Shown: piece after piece, positions 49,295 to 57,686 of the stretch | Layout: every line of letters starts with the position of its first letter | Position numbering within the stretch: the first letter of the stretch is position 1 | Assembly (NCBI GenBank): GCA_963748195.1 | Contig: CAVVHU010000009.1 | Coordinates: forward strand, 3,335-67,334 | Source: an uncultured Chlamydiales bacterium | Lineage (GTDB): Bacteria; Chlamydiota; Chlamydiia; Chlamydiales; JAAKFR01 | Direction of reading: 5' to 3' | Length of the DNA: 64,000 bases | The notes under the pieces: model-generated | Database searches by the model: none | The model's input: the letters and a program-made list of their open reading frames with translations, nothing else | Told to the model about the DNA's origin: nothing | Position numbers and translations under genes: made by a program

Positions 49295-51167
49295 TTTTCT
49301 TTCCCTTAGCGGGGGCAAGGTCGACCCAAATGGGCGAACTCCACGCAACGTGACCATCTTCTTGGGTGACTCTTAAGTAATAGAAGACAAATGGAGATTT
49401 GTCCTTTCCTCCATCTAACACGACTTTATCTAGCGGCTCCATATCATCATAATAATAATCATAATGATATTCCGTGGGTTGAAATGTGTGAATTATCTCT
49501 CCATTGCGGATCACTTCGATGCTCTTGAGGTTTGTCGTTCCGGCGATATAACCCGAGAGGTGGCGGTTGACCATTAGACCTGGCTTAAGACCAGTCGAGA
49601 GTTCCGATCCCATCGGGTGGCCGGCAATATGAAAGCCGACGATAATCCGAGCCCCACTCGTTGCATAGCAACTGCGTTTGGCAAGCGCGTCCAGCATTGA
49701 TTCGCGGGTATATTTTTCGCAAATGATCCCTGTGTAACCGGGAGCGTATTGCACTTGATCGCTATCATAGAATTCGCTGTATATCCCACGATCATCAAGA
49801 CCGCCGCCAACAAATCCAAAGCGTAAGTTCTTCTTTAACGCTTCGACAATCGAACCCGCTTGTACCCCTTCGATTCCTCCGGTAATTGGATGCGTCGAAT
49901 TAACCTGTTCCGAACTTCCCCAAGCATTATAGATTTCAACGACACGTTCAAATTCGGGATTGAAATCTTTAAAGTCGAAATGCGACCCTTTCCCCATCGT
50001 AAAGGTTGGGATAGAAATGATATCTTTGGGAGTGTGTGTTTTGTAAATTTTTTCTAGAGAAGAGTTTTTTGTGTCTTTTTGCCGCAGTATAGGCTTTGAG
50101 TCTTTATAATAGAGAATGTGGCGCACTCCCTCTTTTCCGGGCTCGCCTTTATACTGAAACCCAAGCATTGTAACAAAGCGATCTTCTTCATTGAAGTCAG
50201 CTATGTTTTGAGAAATAGATTTCCAAATCTCATTTGAAGTCTCTTCTGCATTTTCAAAACTCGATATCGCAAAGAAATTAAATGCTTTTTCATCTCTGAA
50301 ATGGCGGATGCAGTTTTCGATATTTTCTGTTGAGTCAACCCGTTCTGATTCTCCATGGAGAAGCCCCCAAAATAGATTTCGGTTGTTCTCTTGGAAGCAT
50401 TTGATCGGTGGAGAGAGATAGGTTTCTTGAGTGTGAAGGTTTTTGAGCTGAATTCTATAGATCCCGGCTTCGTTGAAGTAGAGGTTGGGAAGTGTCACAA
50501 ATCCCGTTTCTGGGACAAAGAGCTTCCAATTCAGATTTTCCCTGATGTGCTCATACGAGAGTTCTATTAATGTCTCTTCAGGGGCATAATTCGTGACATT
50601 TCCAAATTCATCCTCAAATCGGACAGTGATATCAAAACGTTTGTTTTTAGCTACAAATGAGGGGACTAAAATCCGAATAGAGTGGAGTTTATTTCCTCGG
50701 ATATCGAGAGTAAAGATCTCCGGGTCTTCATAGTTTCCCTTTCCTTTGGGGTCGATATAGAGGTAAAAAGGACGACGCCTTTGAATCGTCAATTGGCATT
50801 CGTTCCCAAATTCGGCAGGACTGCCTTCGTGTGAGGGAGGAACACCCATAATGATTGCAATAGTCTCTCCTGCTTTCACCTGAGAAGGGAGCGTGAATTC
50901 ATATTGAGGAATAAGGGAGTCAGGAGTTTCCACCTCTTTTAGCTCAAGAGCCTCACCATTTGGGAGCTCAACAAAGATGACATTGGCGTCATCTTCAAGA
51001 TTTACCGAAGGGATTTCCCAGTCAATGTCACGGCCTTGACTTAACAAGTCAAATTTTAAACGAGCTCCTTTTGGGAGAGCCGTGGCTGTGGTATAATGAA
51101 ATTTCCAAGTGGAGGTTTGTCCTGCGCGAGCTACTTGAGGCTCGCAATAGCAGATAGATCGGCGCAT
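49287..51167 (-). CDS. DUF3604 PHP-like protein (CT425-like)
   Basis: LFWGLLHGES, VEIYNAWGSSE, FYYLRVTQEDG..AWSSPIW. Confidence 0.88.
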   Translation of the reverse strand: MRRSICYCEPQVARAGQTSTWKFHYTTATALPKGARLKFDLLSQGRDIDWEIPSVNLEDDANVIFVELPNGEALELKEVETPDSLIPQYEFTLPSQVKAGETIAIIMGVPPSHEGSPAEFGNECQLTIQRRRPFYLYIDPKGKGNYEDPEIFTLDIRGNKLHSIRILVPSFVAKNKRFDITVRFEDEFGNVTNYAPEETLIELSYEHIRENLNWKLFVPETGFVTLPNLYFNEAGIYRIQLKNLHTQETYLSPPIKCFQENNRNLFWGLLHGESERVDSTENIENCIRHFRDEKAFNFFAISSFENAEETSNEIWKSISQNIADFNEEDRFVTMLGFQYKGEPGKEGVRHILYYKDSKPILRQKDTKNSSLEKIYKTHTPKDIISIPTFTMGKGSHFDFKDFNPEFERVVEIYNAWGSSEQVNSTHPITGGIEGVQAGSIVEALKKNLRFGFVGGGLDDRGIYSEFYDSDQVQYAPGYTGIICEKYTRESMLDALAKRSCYATSGARIIVGFHIAGHPMGSELSTGLKPGLMVNRHLSGYIAGTTNLKSIEVIRNGEIIHTFQPTEYHYDYYYDDMEPLDKVVLDGGKDKSPFVFYYLRVTQEDGHVAWSSPIWVDLAPAKGKKNG

Positions 51168-51227
51168 ATATTTTCTACATGGTTTACGTGATCGAAAGCC
51201 GGATCATATCTGGCGAATCGTTTTTTC

Positions 51228-51569
51228 TCAATCTTTATTCAGATCTTCAATTGCATGGGTTAATCGATCGTAAACTTTAAAGTAGGGGAGGAAGCCTGTT
51301 ATATAGAGAACATTTTCTATTGGTTTCGGCACACCTGCGAGGAAAATACGTCCATGTTTTTTTTCAATTTCTTTATGGCAATGGACAAGAACGCGTATGC
51401 CGGCGCTGGAAATATAGTCAAGGGCTGAGAAATCTAATATCACATTTTTAGAACCACTTTCGATTGAGTGGATAATTTTTTTATCCACTTCGGTAGATGT
51501 TGCGCTATCCAGCCGCCCTTTTAGTGTAAAAACGGTGGCGTTTCCCTTTTGCTCTTCATTAATTTCCAT
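51228..51569 (-). CDS. rsbV: Anti-sigma-factor antagonist (STAS domain)
   Basis: LKGRLDS, LDYISSAGIRVL, ITGF. Confidence 0.93.
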   Translation of the reverse strand: MEINEEQKGNATVFTLKGRLDSATSTEVDKKIIHSIESGSKNVILDFSALDYISSAGIRVLVHCHKEIEKKHGRIFLAGVPKPIENVLYITGFLPYFKVYDRLTHAIEDLNKD

Positions 51570-51621
51570 AGACTCCCTCAAAGTTTCTTATCACTTCACA
51601 TAGCGGAAATTAAAAGCTGTG

Positions 51622-53100
51622 TCAAGTTGCATACTCTACTGCACGTTTTTCTCGGATCACCGTCACCTTGATTTTCCCTGGATAAATCAGTTCATCTTCA
51701 ATTTTTTTGGCGATATCGCGAGCGAGGAGAACCATTGAGGCATCATCAAAATGGTTTGGTTCTACGATCACGCGGATCTCCCGGCCTGCTTGAAGGGCGT
51801 ATGCGTGTTCGACCCCTTCAAAAAGAGTGGAAATCTGTTCAAGCCGCTCAATCCTTTTTAAATATTGTTGTAGGGCTTCTACACGAGCTCCTGGCCGGCC
51901 AGCGGAGAGCGTATCAGCTGCGCTGCATAAGCTTCCCTCAATTGTTATGGGGCTTATTTCGTTATGGTGACATCCGATACCGTTTGCAACCTCTTCACTT
52001 TCTCCGAAACGTAAAGCAAAATCACGTCCTATCAGTGCATGCGAGCCATCAATTTCCATCGAAACGGCCTTACCTATATCATGGAGGAGCCCAATTCTTT
52101 TAGCTAACGCAGAATCGATCCCTAATTCCGCCGCCATAATACCCATTAGATAGCTTACTTCTAGAGAGTGCTCTAAGACATTTTGACCGTGACTAAACCT
52201 AAATTTAAGTTGTCCAAGCAATTTTAAGAGTTCGGGGTGAAGTCCTATAACTGAGGCGCGCAGCGCGGCATCTTCGCCATATCTCTTGATATCATTTTGC
52301 ACCCGCTTTTCCATTTTTGCGACGACCTCTTCAATCCGTGTCGGATGGATCCGCCCTTCTTGGATAAGTTCTTTGAGCGCTTTCTTAGCGATCTCCTTGC
52401 GCACAGGATCAAATCCTGAGATTACAATCGCATTCGGCGTGTCATCGACTGTAAATGTGACGCCTGTTGCTTGTTCTAGAGCACGGATGTTGCGCCCCTC
52501 TCGGCCGATTACGCGCCCCTTCATCTCCTGATTTGGAAGAGCTACTGTGATGACTGAAACCTCGGAAATGGTCGGAATGGCTAAACGATTAATTGCAGTT
52601 GAAATAATATGCGCAGCTTCTGTCTCCGCTTCTTCTTCGGCCTCTTTTCTCATGCGGAGGATCAATTTTGCGTTCTCTTGCTGCATTTCTGCGGCAATTT
52701 TTTTCTTGAGTTCCGACCTAGCCTCTTCACAGGTAAAGGCCGAAATGCGCTCTAATTCAGCTTCAAGGATTTTGTGTTGCTCCTCAACTGTTTTGAGTAA
52801 TCTCTCTTTTTTATCGATCTCTGTAAGCTTCTTTTCAACTAGCTCTAGTTGACGGTCAAGTTTTTCCTCCCGCCGTTCGATTTTTTCCCTCTCTTTGAGG
52901 GTCTTTTGCTCCATTTTTTGTTGAAAAACGAATTCGCGCTCTTTTAGGTCTAGAAGAAGTGCTGCTTCCTTAGCTTCAGCTTCTTGTTGAGCTTTTGAGA
53001 TGATTTCTTGAGCAAGCTTATCAAAGCCTCCCGTTTTAATCTTATGAACGATGTAAAAAACCAGAAGGCCTAAGAAGAACGCAGCAAGATGCATTGTCAT
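51622..53100 (-). CDS. rny: Ribonuclease Y
   Basis: TM helix + coiled coil + KH domain (MKGRVIGREGRNIR) + HD domain (LLHDIGK), PGAR, AGREIRV. Confidence 0.96.
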   Translation of the reverse strand: MTMHLAAFFLGLLVFYIVHKIKTGGFDKLAQEIISKAQQEAEAKEAALLLDLKEREFVFQQKMEQKTLKEREKIERREEKLDRQLELVEKKLTEIDKKERLLKTVEEQHKILEAELERISAFTCEEARSELKKKIAAEMQQENAKLILRMRKEAEEEAETEAAHIISTAINRLAIPTISEVSVITVALPNQEMKGRVIGREGRNIRALEQATGVTFTVDDTPNAIVISGFDPVRKEIAKKALKELIQEGRIHPTRIEEVVAKMEKRVQNDIKRYGEDAALRASVIGLHPELLKLLGQLKFRFSHGQNVLEHSLEVSYLMGIMAAELGIDSALAKRIGLLHDIGKAVSMEIDGSHALIGRDFALRFGESEEVANGIGCHHNEISPITIEGSLCSAADTLSAGRPGARVEALQQYLKRIERLEQISTLFEGVEHAYALQAGREIRVIVEPNHFDDASMVLLARDIAKKIEDELIYPGKIKVTVIREKRAVEYAT

Positions 53101-53103
53101 AGC

Positions 53104-54408
53104 TCACTCACTTTTTCTTGAGGTAATGCGCACTTTATCGACGCTCCTTTCAGAGGAGCTCAAGATTTCAAGGTCGAAGTCTTCATGATGGATACGAAGC
53201 CCTTTTTGAGGAATCGAGCCAACCTTGTGGAAGATATAGCCTCCGATGGTATCGTAATCGCCCTCTTGTGGGATGTGGATGTTGAACGCATCTTCAGCAT
53301 CGAGAATGCTCATACGCGCATCAACGATCCAACTGCCGCCGCCTGGTTGTGCGGTATAGAGAAGCTCTTCATCCACATCGTATTCATCAGCGATCTCTCC
53401 GACAATTTCTTCTAGGATGTCTTCCATTGTGACGACACCCTCAGTTCCTCCATATTCATCCACGACGATAGCCATATGCATCTGTTTGGAGCGAAATTCC
53501 TGTAATAGGTGAGAGACCTTTTTTGTTTCAGGAGTGTAGAAGACGCTTTTTGCAATCGTTTCGATAGAAGAATCGATAAGAGTGGGGTCCTTTTTTCCTT
53601 CAAGGCAGTCCATGTAGAGCTCTAATATATCTTTGAACATCAACACGCCGATAATATTATCGATTGTCTCTCGATAAACGGGGATGCGGCTATAGCCCTC
53701 CTTGACCAGCTCTTTCGCTGCTTCGCGAATAGAAGTTCCCACTTCCAAACTAAAAAGATCGACACGAGGAACCATTACTTCTCTCACAATCCGATCCTTG
53801 AACTTCACCACGGACTCGATTAACTTTTTGTCCGCATGATTGAGCTTACCCTTCACATCTGCAGCCTGGAGGATATGGACAACCGTCTCTTTGATCTCTT
53901 CTAGCTGATCGCCTCCTCTATCTTTTTCATGCGCAAGTGTCGCGTAATCAGCAAATTTCAAGAAGACAAAAGAGACAGGGAATGAGAGAAAGAGAAAAAA
54001 TGAGGCAAAACCTAATGAGAAAGAGAGCGCATATTCGGGAGAACGGATCGCCATAAGGCGAGGAAAAAAATCGCCGATTAATAGCACAAAGAAGAGTAGG
54101 AGAATCAAAATGATAAGATAGTGAATAACGGGAAGCGAGAGGACAAAAAAGAGTCCAAAAAGAACTGTTGCCGTATAGCCAAGGCGCGCTTGGTTTTCTC
54201 CGAGGGTAGAGGAAAAAATGATTAGTTCAAATGATTTATTCTTAAAGAGAAAACGATGAAAAGGGTAATAAAAAAAGCGGTGAGGGGACTCCTTAATAAT
54301 CTCAAGCGACCGGGTCTCACCAAGCTTTGTGAGAGAATGGGTTGCCGTAGTGAGGAAAAATACCCAAAAAAGGAAGAAAAGGGCGAGGAGTATGCAAAGC
54401 GTCAACAT
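53104..54408 (-). CDS. Hemolysin/CorC-family CBS-domain membrane protein
   Basis: VREVMVPR, YSRIPVY, HMAIVVDEYGGTEG.VTMEDILEEIVGEI, YDTIGG. Confidence 0.93.
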   Translation of the reverse strand: MLTLCILLALFFLFWVFFLTTATHSLTKLGETRSLEIIKESPHRFFYYPFHRFLFKNKSFELIIFSSTLGENQARLGYTATVLFGLFFVLSLPVIHYLIILILLLFFVLLIGDFFPRLMAIRSPEYALSFSLGFASFFLFLSFPVSFVFLKFADYATLAHEKDRGGDQLEEIKETVVHILQAADVKGKLNHADKKLIESVVKFKDRIVREVMVPRVDLFSLEVGTSIREAAKELVKEGYSRIPVYRETIDNIIGVLMFKDILELYMDCLEGKKDPTLIDSSIETIAKSVFYTPETKKVSHLLQEFRSKQMHMAIVVDEYGGTEGVVTMEDILEEIVGEIADEYDVDEELLYTAQPGGGSWIVDARMSILDAEDAFNIHIPQEGDYDTIGGYIFHKVGSIPQKGLRIHHEDFDLEILSSSERSVDKVRITSRKSE

Positions 54409-54417
54409 TTTTTTTTA

Positions 54418-54879
54418 TTATCCACTCAAGATGAGTTTTTGTCGAATCAAAGGTGTCATGATACGGACCTCTGCTGCGCGCATTTTTTTACGATCTTCTT
54501 CCTTAATATCATCATATCCAAATAGATGTAATATTCCATGTACTAAATAGAGGGTGAGTTCTCGGTAACACTCTTCATTGATCTCCTCTCCTCCTTTCAG
54601 GACATAGTCGAGCGCTGTTTTGGGGCAGATGAAGACCTCTCCAAGAATATGGTATCCAGTCACTTGCTCGTCATCCATAGGAAAGGAAATACAGTCAGTA
54701 GTGGAAGGGTCGTCAAAAAATTCTTCATGCAACCTTGAAATTTCTTCTGTAGTAACGAAATAGACTGCCATTTCATCGGTTTTCCGCTTTTCGGCATCGA
54801 GGACATATTTCACAACGGGTTTAACTGAATCAAGTGCGATCGGCAGGTCATTCTGTTGGTTGAATACGAGAACTTTCAT
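54418..54879 (-). CDS. ybeY: rRNA maturation endoribonuclease YbeY
   Basis: TTDCISF, LGEVFIC, VHGILHLFGYDD. Confidence 0.95.
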   Translation of the reverse strand: MKVLVFNQQNDLPIALDSVKPVVKYVLDAEKRKTDEMAVYFVTTEEISRLHEEFFDDPSTTDCISFPMDDEQVTGYHILGEVFICPKTALDYVLKGGEEINEECYRELTLYLVHGILHLFGYDDIKEEDRKKMRAAEVRIMTPLIRQKLILSG

Positions 54880-55253
54880 GTTATTTTTGAATTTAGATTT
54901 TTTTAATTTTGATCAGGAGTGGGATTTGAAGCAAGAGAAGAGTTTCTTTCGTAGTAAACTATAACCGCAGTCAAGCTTTGCCTCGCTTTTAGGTTGAGCT
55001 TGAGGTAGAACCAGCCCATCTTCAACCCCCTGCACTCTTTGTGCAAGATCTGAATCTTTGAGCCATTGAATGGGGTTATTCCACAACCCCCCCCCATTTA
55101 ATTCTTAATTCGTCTAAACTATTCATTCTAGATTTAAAATTTTGAGAGAACTAAGATGTCAGCATTATTAGGCGGAGTAAATTCAGTTGGAAAAACAGTT
55201 CTCAAAATCTCTCACAATTAGACCTTGGGATTGACTCCTTAAGAGATGTAGTA

Positions 55254-55417
55254 ACCTGAACTTTGGGTTTTTCTCGCTCATCTTCAGGGAGTTTGCTTGC
55301 ACCTCTTGTGCTTTTCGACCTTGTAAAGGGCCTTTGGCCATTCACTTCGGCCGAAAATCCCAAGATTTGCAGCGCAAACTCTTCTGAATCTGAGCGAGAA
55401 AAACCCAAAGTTCAGGT
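55254..55417. mobile_element. Fold-back MITE-like element, family A, copy 2 (164 bp)
   Basis: Perfect 27-bp terminal inverted repeats; direct repeat TAGTA at 55249-55253 and 55418-55422. Confidence 0.92.
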
Positions 55418-55435
55418 TAGTAGCTCAGGCACTAG

Positions 55436-55598
55436 CCCCATTTCTCACCATCTCTCTGACAACTCGCACACCCTGTCACCACATCTTGTCCCCCAGTAGG
55501 GCGGGTCCGTGTCGCATGAACACTGTCCCCGCCCTGCTGGGAGCCAATCTGTGGCAACAGGGGAGCGATTTGCTCAGAGATCTTGTGAGAAATGGGGG
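55436..55598. mobile_element. Fold-back MITE-like element, family B (163 bp)
   Basis: CCCCATTTCTCAC...GTGAGAAATGGGGG ends; arms pair imperfectly to the centre; CTAG direct repeat at 55432-55435 and 55599-55602. Confidence 0.85.
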
Positions 55599-56089
55599 CT
55601 AGCGCAAGTGCTGCCACAAACCAAGATCAAGCGATTAGACTTTTGGAATAACTCCATCGGAGAAGATACCAAGCGAGTTTTGTCAAAGGAACATCCGCAA
55701 ATCAATTTTTAGGAGAGGATTGAAGCGTTTCTAAAAATTGCCACTTTAATCCACGAAGTTAGTCTGGCAGAGACTAAGGAACGGGTATCAGTCCACGCGA
55801 GACACAATGAAGAAGCTCGAGCTCTCTTATTCATTAGAGAGATCTTCGAGATTTTGGCTTCTTGGAACAAAATGGTGCTGGAACTACGTCAATATCCCGA
55901 AGCACAGGATGCTTTGATGTACTTGATTAATTCCTTACTCTGTATTTGATTTAAAGTGGAGCGGTTCTATAGAAAATTTTTTCAAAATGCTCCATCTTCT
56001 TGGAAGAAATTGAAGGCCCACAAGCAACATTTTGCGTTTGCGGTAGCCTTCAAAGACATTGACCAGCAATTTCTATTTAAGAACTTAAA

Positions 56090-56251
56090 TTATTGGGAAA
56101 TGATAGGTGTCTTAGGAAGACCTGTGACACTCTTTTTCTCGCTATCCCAACGTCCAAGTTTTTTTAAAACTTCGACGCGCTCAAAACGCTTCAATACGTT
56201 GCGCTTCTTGGCGCCTTTTGTGGCTTTTCCATAACTTTTATGACGAGACAT
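56090..56251 (-). CDS. Small basic protein (Chlamydiae/PVC family, 53 aa; absent from the ORF track)
   Basis: Manual translation MSRHKSYGKATKGAKKRNVLKRFERVEVLKKLGRWDSEKKSVTGLPKTPIISQ. Confidence 0.88.
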   Translation of the reverse strand: MSRHKSYGKATKGAKKRNVLKRFERVEVLKKLGRWDSEKKSVTGLPKTPIISQ

Positions 56252-56259
56252 GATAGAAC

Positions 56260-56427
56260 CTATTTGATTTTAGGAATAAAGACATTAGCTTCGCTTGAGT
56301 GAGCATTTGCATGCTCTTTGAACCCTTTGGAAAGATTGTCTTTTTTTGATCCTGTTTTAACCGATGGATTTTTGTGTTTGCGAGGCGATATGGCCCGACG
56401 CTCTGCTTTTTTACCAATTCGTGTCAT
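56260..56427 (-). CDS. Small basic chlamydial protein (55 aa; absent from the ORF track)
   Basis: Manual translation MTRIGKKAERRAISPRKHKNPSVKTGSKKDNLSKGFKEHANAHSSEANVFIPKIK; GAGG ribosome-binding site; resembles recalled chlamydial CT421.1-type proteins. Confidence 0.78.
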   Translation of the reverse strand: MTRIGKKAERRAISPRKHKNPSVKTGSKKDNLSKGFKEHANAHSSEANVFIPKIK

Positions 56428-56478
56428 TGTTTATACCTCAGTAATTGGGGAGCATAATACTTTTTCGCAAAAAAATGT

Positions 56479-57120
56479 TCAAGCTGAAATTTCGGGAGGC
56501 AGGTCGATGCCATCAGAAGTGATCACTCCGCATGATATAATATATTTAAAGGCATCCTCGATTTTCATATCGAGATAAATCACCTCACTCTCCTTATACA
56601 TCATCAGAAACCCTGATGTGGGGTTTGGGGTTGTAGGAACAAAGACAGTAATAAGGGGATCCCCAATCGTTTTCTCGCAAAGGGAGGGGGCCGGGCTGCT
56701 TACAAGCCCGATGCAGTAAGACCCTTCCGTTGGGAAAGGGACCATCACAACTTGTTTAAATGAGCGGGAAGCTGTGCCAAAAATTGTTTTAATGACTTGC
56801 TGTGTTGCTTTATAGATCGTTTTGATGATCGGAATACGGTGGAGCACATAGTCGTAAACAGAGAGCAGCGATTTAAAAACAACGACTCGGGCTAAAAAGC
56901 CGAGAAGAACTGTAAAGAAGAAGAGCCCGAAGAGTAGAAGTATCTGCAGGATAACGCGAATCGCGATCTGGTACTTGTCAAAAGCAGGGATGCCGACTAA
57001 AAATTGCTCGATAAATCCGAGAAAAGGGCGAGTGAGAAGGTTTACTATGAAACCCAATAGGACGATCGTTACCGCCAGCGGGAGAAGAATGACGAGTCCT
57101 GTAATAAAGTATTTTTTCAT
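56479..57120 (-). CDS. DUF502 membrane protein
   Basis: YFITGLVILLPLAVT, RIPIIKTIY, VFVPTTPNPTSGFL. Confidence 0.93.
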   Translation of the reverse strand: MKKYFITGLVILLPLAVTIVLLGFIVNLLTRPFLGFIEQFLVGIPAFDKYQIAIRVILQILLLFGLFFFTVLLGFLARVVVFKSLLSVYDYVLHRIPIIKTIYKATQQVIKTIFGTASRSFKQVVMVPFPTEGSYCIGLVSSPAPSLCEKTIGDPLITVFVPTTPNPTSGFLMMYKESEVIYLDMKIEDAFKYIISCGVITSDGIDLPPEISA

Positions 57121-57686
57121 TTAGCAATAAATCTCCAAGGAAGTTTGGCATCCTCGCCGGCATACTCAACCCCAATACGGGGCCCTGCGATTACCTCGTC
57201 AGGTCTTGCGCCTTCTTCGATCCAAAGTGTATTCCCAAAAAAGGAAATGCCGTTCGCTCTGCGATCGATCCCTAGCGCTTTTGCGACCGTTCCGGGACCA
57301 TTTGTGAATGTTTTATCAACTTTTTCTTTTTTTCGCCTTATTTGCATGACTTCAATGCCCTCAACAGGCTCGATTGCACGGATCAATATCGCATGCGGAG
57401 TTCCTGCTTTGTTTGTGACAACATTGAGCATGTTGTGCATCCCATAGCAGAGAAATACGTAGCTGATTCCACCCTGTTGATACATTACCTCTGTCCGATT
57501 TGTCCTGCGGTTCCGGTAGGCGTGGCACGCCCTATCTTCCGCGCCGCGATAAGCTTCTGTTTCAGTAATCCTGCCAGCCGTCATATGTCCATCGATCGCG
57601 GAATAGAGGATACATCCTAGCAGATCTTGGCTGATTTGGACCACATCATCGCGCAAATAAAAATCTAACTTTAAGCGAGTTCCCAT
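57117..57686 (-). CDS. mpg: 3-methyladenine DNA glycosylase (AAG/MPG type)
   Basis: GRITETEAY, D.ACHAY, YGMH, AILIRAIEP, NGPG, RIGV, PWRF. Confidence 0.95.
   Translation of the reverse strand: MGTRLKLDFYLRDDVVQISQDLLGCILYSAIDGHMTAGRITETEAYRGAEDRACHAYRNRRTNRTEVMYQQGGISYVFLCYGMHNMLNVVTNKAGTPHAILIRAIEPVEGIEVMQIRRKKEKVDKTFTNGPGTVAKALGIDRRANGISFFGNTLWIEEGARPDEVIAGPRIGVEYAGEDAKLPWRFIAK

Larger units (their letters stand above)
55156..56089 (+). pseudogene. Decayed gene with LRR-like segment, interrupted by two fold-back elements
   Basis: Removing both elements gives ...LSQLDLGIDSLRDVVAQALAQVLPQTKIKRLDFWNNSIGEDTKR...; the same frame continues past in-frame stops at 55710 and 55947. Confidence 0.65.

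Noticed and set aside
55202-55499. ORFs on both strands across family A (55202-55408 minus, 55263-55499 plus), suggesting in-frame peptide insertion as with Rickettsia palindromic elements
   Set aside because: All three plus-strand frames hit a stop within the element and the net insertion (169 bp) is not a multiple of three; the mirrored ORFs arise from the palindrome
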